Notes under the pieces: model-generated
What the model saw: the letters and a program-made list of their open reading frames with translations, nothing else
The model's database searches: none
Told to the model about the DNA's origin: nothing
Position numbers and translations under genes: made by a program
In this document: positions 12,906 to 23,438 of the stretch, piece by piece
Layout of the letters: every line of letters begins with the position of its first letter
Numbering within the stretch: position 1 is the stretch's first letter
Origin: Eledone cirrhosa
Taxonomy: Eukaryota
Direction of reading: 5' to 3'
Length of the DNA stretch: 64,000 bases
Assembly (NCBI GenBank): GCA_964016885.1
Contig: OZ024740.1
Location: forward strand, 57,846,001 to 57,910,000

Positions 12906-12953
12906 TGTTATCCTTTTGGAGGGGTCATGTTGCCAATAAGAAATTCAGAAACG

Positions 12954-12998
<45 letters not shown>

Positions 12999-13030
12999 CC
13001 TTATACATTAATGAATAAAAGAATCATATA

Positions 13031-13070
<40 letters not shown>
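12513..13070. repeat. Microsatellite cluster (TA)n, (GAT)n, (TG)n, (CA)n, (TAT)n
   Basis: Direct reading. Confidence 0.95.
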
Positions 13071-13073
<3 letters not shown>

Positions 13074-13696
13074 CATGCATGCAAACATATATGTATATGT
13101 GCACGTGTCCATGAGTGTTATCTGTTTTTTGTGAGCTTGTTTTGAAGTGTTTTGATAAGAAAAGATTCATTGATCATTTGATGTCATTAGTCTTTTATTT
13201 GTGGATTATTTAGCATTGTTTTCCACATTTGTTTCTAACTAATATACTTTTGTGTGAAATGATATTTTATGGCTTCACAATTACCAGACCTAAGATACCT
13301 TCAATGTAACCACACACACACATTTAAATGTCCACACAGAAGTTGCAACCATCACAGCCTGTCTAGATGGCTAGCCATGCATCTATAGGTTGCACATGCA
13401 TAAAGCTGCAAAAAAAAAGAACATAAAAGAAGTTCTTAAAAATGACATCACGTTAATGCACAAAATGACAGAACTATTGGCAATTACTTTGCTTTTCAAA
13501 ACAACCCAACCTAAACTTAACAAGTAATCTTTCAACGACTGAAAACTAACTCTCTACAAATAGACATGTACATATACATGCATTGTATAGGTGTATATAT
13601 AATTAGTATAACAAGGGAGACTTTACATGGTCGATCTACATGCTTGAAATAGGAGTCAAATTCCCTTAGATCAAAACCTATTGTGTTAAATAATGA

Positions 13697-13912
13697 TTTC
13701 TAACATAAGCACAAGGCCAGAAATTTTGGAGAAGGGGTAAGTTGATTAAATTAACCCTCAGTACCTTACTGGTACTTCTTTTTATCGGCCTCAGAAAGAT
13801 GAAAGGCAATGTTAACCAAGACGGGATTTGAGCTCAGAACATAAAGTGCCAGAACAAATACTGCTATGCATTTGTCCTACGTTCTAATGACTCTGCTCAT
13901 CCACCATCCTTC
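13697..13912 (-). mobile_element. tRNA-derived SINE with a 16-bp target-site duplication, nested in another repeat
   Basis: ttgtgttaaataatga at 13681-13696 and 13913-13928. The joined flanks resemble the repeat at ~19720-19875. Confidence 0.8.
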
Positions 13913-14099
13913 TTGTGTTAAATAATGAAAAGACACATTAGGTAATGTAATACTAGATACATATAAAAAAGACAAGAAGGTCATAGCTTGAAATACTTTC
14001 ATCATAGTTTTGCTCATCAGAGGTGACCTGAGGCTAAAAAACAAAATATGTAAGGTGGAAAATTGGAAAAACCATTAGAGCATAGGGTTAAATACTTTG

Positions 14100-14232
14100 C
14101 TGTATTTGTTCCAGCTTGATGAGATATGAGTTCAAATTTTGCTTTGGACAGTTTTACTTTTCATCCTTTTAATCTTGATAAAATAAAGTGCCAGTCCAGT
14201 CCAGAGTGGTGGTTTGGTAGAATTGTTAGGGT
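14100..14232 (+). mobile_element. tRNA-derived SINE fragments
   Basis: gagttcaaat...ctttcatccttt...gataaaataaagtgccagtc is the reverse complement of the family core. Confidence 0.55.
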
Positions 14233-14638
14233 GTCTGACAAAATGCTTTGCAGTTTTGTATGGGATCTTTGCATTCCATAGTCTATAAGTGAAGTCCACT
14301 GTAACATGACAACTATGTTTCGATTTAATATTTCGTAAATTATGTCCCTTTGAATGTACCTTAAAGATGTCACATGATTTAATATTTAAAAAAAAAAAGA
14401 TAACTATGATGGCAAAATAAAGTAACATGTTTAAAAATCTGTTTGCTTCATTTATGTAAATAAAAACATGTCATCTACTCTATTGAAAGTATTCAGGACA
14501 TCATCATCATCATCATCATCACCGTTTTACGTCCGTTCTTCCACGCTAGCATGGGTTAGACGGGTTGTCCTGTTGTGGGCAGTGTCTGGTCGGCTGACCA
14601 TGCCTTGCTCATACAGGAACTGATCTGGCTTGATTTCT

Positions 14639-14849
14639 ACAGCTGGATGCCCTTCCTAACACCAACCTCATTTACAGTGAGTGCTGGGTGCTTTTTCGTG
14701 GCGCCTACACGTCCACTTTACAGTGTGGGCTGGGTGCTTTTTTGACAGCTGGATGCCCTTCCTAACACCAACCTCATTTACAGTGAGTGCTGGGTGCTTT
14801 TTCGTGGCGCCTACACGTCCACTTTACAGTGTGGGCTGGGTGCTTTTTT
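14639..14849. repeat. ~107-bp tandem duplication in the RTE 3' UTR
   Basis: acagctggatgcccttcctaacacc...gggctgggtgcttttttg occurs twice, offset by 107 bp. Confidence 0.9.
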
Positions 14850-14909
14850 GCCGTGGCACCTCCACGACCACCTTGCGGTGGGGGGGGGGGGGCATATTGT
14901 TTATATGCT

Positions 14910-16325
14910 TCAGCATGTACCCATGGGAGGTCGGGTACCCTGTATTACTGCGTGACGCCAGAAGTCACGGTCGTGTGTCATTGACTTTGAGAGGTGTAGT
15001 TGGGTAAGGTCGGCTTTTATCACCTCATCCCAAGTCATCTTGGGTCTCCCCACTCCGCGGTTTCCATCAACTTCTAGTGCTCTGCACCTTTTTATGCAGC
15101 TGTCATCCTTCATATGCATCACATGTCCATACCAGCGTAACCGCCTCTCCTGCACGCAGCATTTGATTCCTCTTATGCTCAGTCTCTCTCTCAATTCATT
15201 TATGCTTTGTCGTTCACGTATATTACTGTTACACATCCATCGGAGCATGCAGGCTTCGTTTCTCTCTAATCTACGTAAGTCTTCCACCTTCAGCGCCCAG
15301 GTCTCACTACCATGCAACATCGCTGTTCGGATACACGCATCATACAGTCTGCCTTTCATTCTGAGGGAGAAGCCTTTTGCAGCTAGCAGTGGTAGTAGTT
15401 CCCTAAACTTCTTCCATCCCGTTCTTACCCTAGTTATTGTACTTTCTGAGCACCCACCTCCGTTGCTAATTCGGTCACCTAGGTAGCAGAAGCTGTCTAC
15501 TGTTTCTACAGGGCCCTCCCAGAGATTGGTGGTACTTGTTTCCTGTGGCTGTTTGCTTGCTGTTTCAGCACAGCTGCTGCATGTGAATCCTACATTCTTA
15601 ATTAAGCTTCCTGAGATCCCGCTACATCTCTTGTGTACCCATTGTTTGCATTTGGGGCAAAGAATGGAGTTCCTACCTACACCTTTCCTACATACTGAGC
15701 AAGGCCATTTCCCTGAGGGGATCTGGGTTCTGTTTTCTCGTCTACTTATAAGGACCTTAGTCTTTGTCATGTTGACTTTGAGGCCCTTTCTCTCTAGTCC
15801 CTGCTTCCAGGTTTGGAATTTATTCTCTAGTTCTACCATAGATTCAGCTATGAGTGCGAGGTCATCAGCATATAGGAGTTCCCATGGGCATCCGGTCTTA
15901 AACTCCTCCGTTATTGCCTGCAGGACTATGATGAACAGGAGAGGGCTAAGAACAGAGCCCTGGTGGACCCCAACCTGTACGCTAAATTCCTCGCTATACT
16001 CATTGCCAATCCTAACTTTGCTGACTGCTCCCCTATACATGGCTTGTACCGCTTTCACAAGCCATTCATCTACTCCTAGTTTTCTAAGAGCCCACCAGAT
16101 TACTGCACGTGGAACTCTGTCAAAGGCTTTCTCAAGGTCGACAAATGCCAAGTAGAGTGGCTTACTTTTAGCTAGGTACTTTTCCTGTAATTGCCTCACA
16201 AGGAAGAGCGCATCAGTGGTGCCTTTCCCTGGTACAAACCCAAATTGCATCTCGTCTATATTCACCCGGTCCCTAATCAGCTGTGCTATAACTCTTTCTG
16301 TTACTTTCATGACCTGGTCCATCAA
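14910..16325 (-). CDS. RTE reverse transcriptase (partial, open frame) with a PHD finger downstream of the RT core
   Basis: QFGF, FVDLEKAFDRV, GVHQGSVLSP, YADD. PHD-type C4HC3: CSVC...CPKC..WVHKRC...CSSC. RTE C-terminus RRLRWYGHV...GRPKMTW. Confidence 0.88.
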   Translation of the reverse strand: MMDQVMKVTERVIAQLIRDRVNIDEMQFGFVPGKGTTDALFLVRQLQEKYLAKSKPLYLAFVDLEKAFDRVPRAVIWWALRKLGVDEWLVKAVQAMYRGAVSKVRIGNEYSEEFSVQVGVHQGSVLSPLLFIIVLQAITEEFKTGCPWELLYADDLALIAESMVELENKFQTWKQGLERKGLKVNMTKTKVLISRRENRTQIPSGKWPCSVCRKGVGRNSILCPKCKQWVHKRCSGISGSLIKNVGFTCSSCAETASKQPQETSTTNLWEGPVETVDSFCYLGDRISNGGGCSESTITRVRTGWKKFRELLPLLAAKGFSLRMKGRLYDACIRTAMLHGSETWALKVEDLRRLERNEACMLRWMCNSNIRERQSINELRERLSIRGIKCCVQERRLRWYGHVMHMKDDSCIKRCRALEVDGNRGVGRPKMTWDEVIKADLTQLHLSKSMTHDRDFWRHAVIQGTRPPMGTC

Positions 16326-17872
16326 CTTTATACCTCTATAGTTTCCTAGGATAATAAAGGCTCAAATGTACTGCCTTTCTATCATTGACAAAACAGTAAA
16401 AAAAAAACTATAACGTGGAAAGGGATATAAGGCTAAACAATTCAAAATGGATGGTAAGATGAAGGTAATGAAAACTTTAGTTACCTGGTAATCTTTGTTT
16501 CGTTTTATTCTTGCTGTTTCTTTCCTCCTAGTATTTTTGGACTTAAAATTTCCTTCTTCAGTGTATAAGGAACTCTCAGAGAAAAATGTTCCGCTTTCTT
16601 CTCTTTGGAATTAAATATAGATTTAAATTTTATAAACCACTTTCAAGCATTGTTTGATGGTTATATTGCTAACTGTTAGTCCTACAACCTAATGGGATAT
16701 TTGATCATTATAGAATACTTTATAATCTTGTAGTGTATCTAAAGGAAAACACCATTGCAGAATCCACCTCTCTTCATGTTATACCAGGAAGCTAATGAAA
16801 CATTCATCAGGTGTAGTTTATTGTTGCTTACAAGAAGTTGTTCCTACATATCAATACTTATTTACAGCTGAAGGACATGGCGTTTTGCAAATTAAGTGTT
16901 ATGATCGTTTTCTTGTGAGGTTTATAGAAGGTTGAAACATGGGTGTTTGGGGGCATTTTTCTAAAATTCTGACCAAGACCCTGATATACAACAGTGTTGC
17001 TGTAACTGCTGATGAATGTTGGATACAGATATGGAACAGGATATGTGGCAAGTCTGTCATAATGCCTGACAGCTGTGTAAATTGTGGTTGATAGATGTAG
17101 GTAGTGATTATGATATTCTTTGACATTAAATACCCTTAATACTTATGCATCAATAGTGAAGTCCATTCTCCAAATGTTCATTCACCTGAAACTAATATTA
17201 TAATGAAATAAGCCCTATTCCATTTGATAATGGCTAATACTGGTTTCTCTGTGATGGTAAGTGCTTAGAAAATTACAGCACAATCTTCCTAAATGTCATC
17301 TTAGTGATGTATAGCTTTTTAAGATAAAATGTTGATGTGACATTTTAAAACTATGGCTTTAGATTATTTGATTTTTAGCTGCAACCTATATTAAGTGTTC
17401 ATGACATATCTAGATTACTATTCATTTTCAGTTGCATAACTTTATTATACATTATATATACCAAAGCTTTACCTAATGGTTTTGTCTGGAGGAAAGGATT
17501 CTGCTCAAGGTTTTGAACGGCCCTCTGAGATTGTTAAGATTGATGCAGTTAATGTTCCGAATAGGCTTTGCAGCCAGTAAACCTTAAAGGGATGCAACAC
17601 ACATTGCTATAGTGTTTCACCGGCCCCTTCCTTCTGCTGTCTCTATCTGTTTATGTATTTATGTGTAGATGTGTATGTATGTAACTAAAGCGTAACGTAC
17701 ATTACAAATGGACGACAAAATGATTTTAACTTGTTATTTAACAATTGATGGTGGAAACGATTTCAAATTGCCTTAACAATTATCCTAACAATTGTCTTAA
17801 CTCGGGCCATAATTCATGGTGTCTGACACTCTTACCGGCTACATGTAGTTAAGGCATTACTTCACATAATTA

Positions 17873-18146
17873 TTTCACGTTCAGAGTTGCTGAAGCATGG
17901 AACAAACTACCTGCATCAGTTATTAACTGTCGAGACACTGCATCCTTTAAAACCTCCATGCTTCCTTAGATTCGCAAACACTACACCTAATATTCCCCCT
18001 CCATACACATGCACACATGTATATCATGACTCGTACACTATTCACTTCCCTGACATTTGTATATTATTCTATGTACTATACATGCACCTTTGATGAGTTG
18101 TAGTGCACCTGAGCACTGTACACAATAATTTCATTATTATTATTAT
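17873..18146 (+). mobile_element. CR1-clade LINE 3' fragment
   Basis: Encodes [13 protein letters not shown] and ends in ttcattattattat. Matches the 22.5 and 30.1 kb copies. Confidence 0.85.
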
Positions 18147-18160
18147 AGCCTCTTCCTTAA

Positions 18161-18378
18161 CTCTTTAGCATTTACATTATTCTATATTTACTAATATATT
18201 TTCATGGTTAAGTTATTACTTCACATAATTATCTCACATAATATCACTATGAGATTTTGATATTATTTATTTTGAGAACCATACCATAGCATTGGGATAA
18301 GTGGCCGGTTATAGCCGGTTTGAGCAAAAAGATGTGAGAGAATTCTGGTCGGATACAGCTGGTTTAAATGCTAAAGGA
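18161..18378. mobile_element. piggyBac-type MITE, copy 1
   Basis: TTAA at 18157-18160 and 18379-18382. Terminal inverted repeats ctctttagcattta / taaatgctaaagga. Confidence 0.8.
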
Positions 18379-18818
18379 TTAATGTTATTTTTGAATAACT
18401 GTAGATCAATAGCTGCAAGAAAAACACATGCAGGGAGGTAATTCCATAGGGTTAGCATTCTGGGAGGGTTGGGCACAATATGGGAGAGGAGAAACTAGTG
18501 AGCTAGGAGAGCCTAAATGGAGGTGAAATGAGACCAGTGAACTCTGATGAGCAGGTGCCACTGTAGTAGTGGACATAGAGAGGATGCATTACCTCTGTGG
18601 ACCAAAGGTTGAAATGAGTTATTGAGAGGCTTCATGCCAATCAGTTAGGTGGTCTTTCTTTGGATGCAATCTAGAATATTAGCATGTATAGCAACAGTAC
18701 TTACGTGAGTCTTTCAAACAGTCTCTTCAGAGCTAGAAAATACTGTGGCCCCAACATCTACTCACTTTGTGATAAATTGAGCAACAACTGCCTCACAAAG
18801 CTTAGCTTTCCTCCTTAA

Positions 18819-19039
18819 CCCTTTAGCATTTAAACTGGCCGTATCTGACCAGAATTCTCTCACCACTTTCTGTTCAAACCAGCTGTAACCAGCTGCTCAT
18901 ACTAATGTTAAGGTATTGTTCTTAAAATAAATAATATCAAAATCTCATAGATAAGATATTATGTGAGATAATTATGTGAGATAAAGCCTTTACCATGAAA
19001 ATACAATAGTAAATGTAGAGTAATGTAAATGCTAAAGGG
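18819..19039. mobile_element. piggyBac-type MITE, copy 2 (opposite orientation)
   Basis: TTAA-ccctttagcattta ... taaatgctaaaggg-TTAA. The interior is a diverged reverse complement of copy 1. Confidence 0.85.
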
Positions 19040-19414
19040 TTAATAGCCTAACATGCCACCCAGTTTAAAACCACTACTCAGTTCTTAAGTGCCTTTAACA
19101 AAATTCAGTCTTTTGCAAGCATTCCAACCCAATCCTTGGACCAACTGTGTTTAGGGTTTTTCCTGAAAATTGAGTTGACTGGTGATTTGCAATACTAGAA
19201 AAGATCCACCCACAGGTACAAGCATTGCAATGCTAAAAGTAAATATGGCAAGAAACTGGAGACTATAGAAAGGCCCCTTTAGCTTGTAGGGGATGAGACA
19301 GCCCCTAGAATTGGTATTACAATGGTGCACATGCAAACTGAGACAACACAGGGTAGAGGGAACCTTTTGGTTCTACCATGACTCCACAACCTCTCTAGGG
19401 TTGGTTCTCCAATA

Positions 19415-19597
19415 AAATGCATCCAATACACTCTGTAAGATGGTTGGCATTAAGAAGGGCATCTAGCTGTAGAAACCATGCCAAATATGAAACATAAGAG
19501 TCAAGATGTGTTTCCCTGACCAGTCTCAGACCACAATAACCTATCTGACCCATGTCAGCATAAAAAGCAGATGTAAAAAGATGATGATGATGATGAT
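19415..19597 (+). mobile_element. RTE-type 3' tail (SINE or LINE end) with (GAT)n
   Basis: ggttggcattaagaagggcatctagctgtagaaacca...gatgatgatgat is similar to the RTE 3' UTR. Confidence 0.7.
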
Positions 19598-20069
19598 TGA
19601 ACTTCCGAATTCAAGCTAGACACTTACTATTTGAACTGATCTTACCAGTCTGGGAAGATCTGTTCCAAAGATAGTAGGCAATCCCTCTCCTTCCATAATT
19701 AACTTATATACAAAAAACGAGTCCCTGATAGAGCCTCAACATGGTCCTATGAACTGCTAGAAATAGTAACCAAATCATTCTACAATCACATTGTAGAGAT
19801 GGACATGCCGGATCATGTAGTTTTAGATGCACTATATCTGTGTAAAAGATGGGATGGTATTGACTAAACAACAACAAAAATAAAAACTTACAAAAAATAG
19901 AAATAACTAGTCAGCTTATATAAATATATCCACTAGATTATACACAAATAGGTCATCTTTCTGTGTTCAAATATTGTCAAAGTCAACCTTGTCTTTCACC
20001 TTTCAAATCAAGTACTGGGACTGATATAATATTCCTATAAAGCATCTTAGATATGAATGGATTTATAAT

Positions 20070-20263
20070 AGTTTCTAATTTTGGCACAAAGTCAGCAATT
20101 TTTGGGAAAGGGAAAGTCGTTTATATCGACACCAGTAGTTGACTGGTACTTTATTTTATCAACTTTGACCTCAGTGGGATTTGAAGTCAGAAAGTAAAGA
20201 GCTGGAACAAATACTGCTAAGCACTTGTGTCATGCCCCAAAGACTTGGCCAATCTACCATCCT
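20070..20263 (-). mobile_element. tRNA-derived SINE copy
   Basis: Same family motifs as 13697-13912. Confidence 0.7.
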
Positions 20264-20372
20264 TATTTTATACAGCCTTCTGTATATAACCTACTCTTTA
20301 TATATATGTTTTAGTATTATGAGTACTCTAATTACCACCTATCAACCATAACAATACACCACATGTGTTTGC

Positions 20373-20403
<31 letters not shown>

Positions 20404-20713
20404 GCACAGCTCCCATGACTTTCGGAAACATTTTTTCACACTCAGAGTTGCTGAAGCATGGAACAAACTACCTGCATCAGTTGTTAGCTGTCAAAACACT
20501 GCATCCTTTAAAACTTCCATGCTTCCTGAGATTCGCCAACACTACACCTCATACCCCCCCCCCCTCCATACACACGCACGCAAGTATTTCATGACTCGTA
20601 CACTGTTGATTTTCCTGACATTTGTCCATTATTCTATGTACTATACATGCACCTTTGATGAGTTGTAGTGCACCTGAGCACTGTACACAATAATTTCAGT
20701 ATTATTATTATTA
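20404..20713 (+). mobile_element. CR1-clade LINE 3' fragment
   Basis: Encodes [23 protein letters not shown], has a (TAT)n tail and follows (TA)n. Confidence 0.85.
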
Positions 20714-20723
20714 TTTATATATA

Positions 20724-20981
20724 TAATTAGGGAACAAAGAATCAGTGTTGCATCATATATATATTTAATCACATACTACATGTTTCACTGTCGATCAGCT
20801 CAAGGGACAATCAATTATTTTCGTTCTTGACTCTGGAATTGAAAGTTCCTCAGATGTATGCTTTCACATGTAGACTCATGTCTAGAGCCAGGAACGAACA
20901 TAATCGATCGTTCCTTGAAACATATGTAGTATGTAATTAAATATGTATATGATGCAACACTGATTCTTTGTTCCCTAATTA
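20724..20981. repeat. Diverged inverted duplication between microsatellites with a degenerate hammerhead-like motif
   Basis: Arms ~20724-20837 and ~20881-20981. The minus strand reads CTGAGGA actttc...gacagt GAAA catg TA. Confidence 0.7.
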
Positions 20982-21139
20982 TTATTATTGATACTCTGCT
21001 CCCCAAAATCATCAAGTGCTCATCTTGGCATACTACCTGTGAACGCAATCCAATTGCACCCGTACTATTTATATATATATGTGTGTGTATATATATATAT
21101 ATATGATATTTACCAAAAAGAAGAACAAGTCAACATCAT

Positions 21140-21570
21140 TGGATACCATCAGGGTTGCAGGTGTTATATCAGAGTTTTCCTTCTCCTAGAATTCTGCCTT
21201 GACAAAGGCTAAGGGGTCATCTCTCCCGCTGATTTTGGATGGCCATTGACTCTTAAGAGCTCCTTTGCCCTATGGCAGTCCCACTCTCTTGGTTAAGAGA
21301 GTGGGACTGGCTTTGTGCAGTGCCTTTGCTCATTATAAAAGCTTCACGGCACAGGCATTGCTTTATATCTGCAGATCTCTCTGCACTTGTCGTCACATGG
21401 TACCATGGGCCCAGCACTGTGTCAATAATTGTCACAAGTGTAGTGTTTGTACCAGAGTTTTCAAGTCGCTGGCTGGACTAAAAAGTCACACTCGTTCAGC
21501 GCATCGGTAGGGGTTCTCCTACATGGATATAAAGTAGTGGCTGTACTCAAAAACTAGTTGGCAGCCACCA
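21140..21570 (+). mobile_element. Probable internally deleted RTE-like element ending in a C2H2 finger
   Basis: HKCSVCTRVFKSLAGLKSHTRSAHR* followed by a short UTR and (TA)n. 15-bp perfect hairpin at 21276-21309. Confidence 0.45.
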
Positions 21571-22024
21571 TATATATATATATATACACACATCTGTAAC
21601 TCTTTAAAATTTACACACACAAACATGCACAGAATGCATCTCCCATATCCATCATGTTGCTCTAATAAGCTGTTCACTTTCTAATCACAAGGTCCTAGAT
21701 TTTAACTTTGTAAATAGTTATTTCTCCAAAGTTACTCGTTCATTTAATCCTGTATGTCATTTGCACAGACAAGCTGAACATTTATGCAATTATATCCTAG
21801 AAATAAATTATTAAAATGTTTTTATCTTTAATCACTTCCACATGTCAATAATCAGCATACTTAATAGGGTTTCTTTCTTTTATTCAAACCATTAATTTAT
21901 CAAAACATAAATTTCCTAGTTTGTATGATTATTTATATAGCCTTTATTCCTGGTATATATGACATACTAATCCTAGAATTCAAAACTTAGACACATTTAA
22001 TGATATTGCTGCCATTACTGATAG

Positions 22025-22192
22025 CACATAGCCATCAAATTGAAGGGGAGGGGAAACGTTGATTAAATCAACCACAGTGCATTATTGGTGTTTTATTTCA
22101 GCGGTGGGATTTGAATTCAGAATATAAAGGACTGTAACTATATGCCACAAAGCATGTTGTACAATACTCAACTGATACTGCCAACCACCAGC
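22025..22192 (-). mobile_element. tRNA-derived SINE copy (degenerate)
   Basis: gggatttgaattcagaatataaagga and other family motifs. Confidence 0.55.
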
Positions 22193-22471
22193 CTAGTTAC
22201 TCAACTAATAATATAAACTGAAGTGAAACTTAACTCATGCATGTGTTATTATTGGCAGTATGACCCTCCTAAAGTATAACGATATTTGTTTCAACACATG
22301 ATTTCGCATCAGGGATCTTGCAAAACAAATATAAAAACGAAGTTCTCAAAATAATTTAATAAACTTTTTTTGTGTGTGTGTGTTTAGTTAGGGAGGGAAA
22401 AACAGTGTCTACAATTATTATCAGAATTCCCTAAACAACTAAACACTTTAATATTTTAAGCATCTAAATAA

Positions 22472-22520
<49 letters not shown>

Positions 22521-22526
<6 letters not shown>

Positions 22527-23116
22527 ATAATGAAATTATTGTGTAAAGTGCTCAGGTGCACTACAACTCATCAAAGGTGCATGTATAGTACATAGAATAA
22601 TATACAAATGTCAGGGAAGTGAATAGTGTGAGTCATGATATACATGTGTGCGTGTGTATGGAGGGGGAATATCAGGTGTAGTGTTGGCGAATCTCGGGAA
22701 GCATGGAGGTTTTAAAGGATGCAGTGTCTCAACAGCTAACAACTGATGCAGGTAGTTTGTTCCATGCTTCAGCAACTCTGAGCGTGAAAAAATGTTTCCG
22801 AAAGTCATGGGAACTGTGCTGTTTTCTGACTTTGTGGGCATGTCCACGTGTGTTAGACACATGGAAATCAAAAAGGTACTCAGGGTTGTTGTTGGCAACA
22901 TGGTTAACAATTTTGTGGGTGTTTACCAAGTCAGTTGCCAGGCGTCGGAGCTTCAATGTATCCATGCCCAAGGAAGCAAGACACTCAGAGTATGGTAGAT
23001 GCCTGATGGAGGGTATTTGCTTGGTTGCATGTCTCTGAACAGTTTCCAGGCGGTCAGTGTTCTGAGCAAGATAGGGGTTCCAGACTAGTGATGCAAATTC
23101 TAAGTGTGGCCGCACC
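22521..23116 (-). mobile_element. 5'-truncated CR1-clade LINE inside a (TA)n tract
   Basis: [15 protein letters not shown]...[10 protein letters not shown]...NTRGH...[14 protein letters not shown]. Microsatellite on both sides. Confidence 0.9.
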
Positions 23117-23161
23117 ATATATATATATATATATATACATACATATATATATATATATACA

Positions 23162-23238
<77 letters not shown>
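23117..23238. repeat. (TA)n/(TACA)n microsatellite
   Basis: Direct reading. Confidence 0.95.
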
Positions 23239-23242
<4 letters not shown>

Positions 23243-23395
23243 ATAAATGCTCTGAAATAGCGATATATATGTGAATATAGACATAGAATATTCGAAAATA
23301 TTCTGTATGTTTATAATAAACATTTTGAAGACCTAATCGCTATAGAATAGAATACGTCACGTATTACAATTAGATTCTCGACAAAAGCAAGGGAA

Positions 23396-23438
23396 GTAAT
23401 CTACGCGTTTCATTCTTATTAGAAATCTTCAGGACTAC
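23396..23438 (-). ncRNA. Minimal type I hammerhead ribozyme (further minus-strand copies at 23706, 24016, 24326, 24636, 24946)
   Basis: Reverse complement reads gtagtc CTGAAGA tttctaataagaat GAAA cgcg TA gattac. Confidence 0.8.

Larger units (their letters stand above)
14499..16347 (-). mobile_element. 5'-truncated RTE-clade LINE with (TGA)n tail
   Basis: RT ORF, 3' UTR, and a (CAT)n run on + at ~14499-14521. Confidence 0.92.

Noticed and set aside
16485-17185. Possible minus-strand host exon (tttcag ... cag|gtaa)
   Set aside because: No frame stays open from the acceptor and there is no recognisable protein. A non-coding exon cannot be excluded.
17848-17878. attacttcacataattat shared with the MITE interior at ~18215
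   Set aside because: Too short and AT-rich to tell templated capture from a MITE remnant.
21430-21510. C2H2 zinc-finger host gene
   Set aside because: A single finger with a stop, short UTR and microsatellite tail fits a LINE ORF end better.
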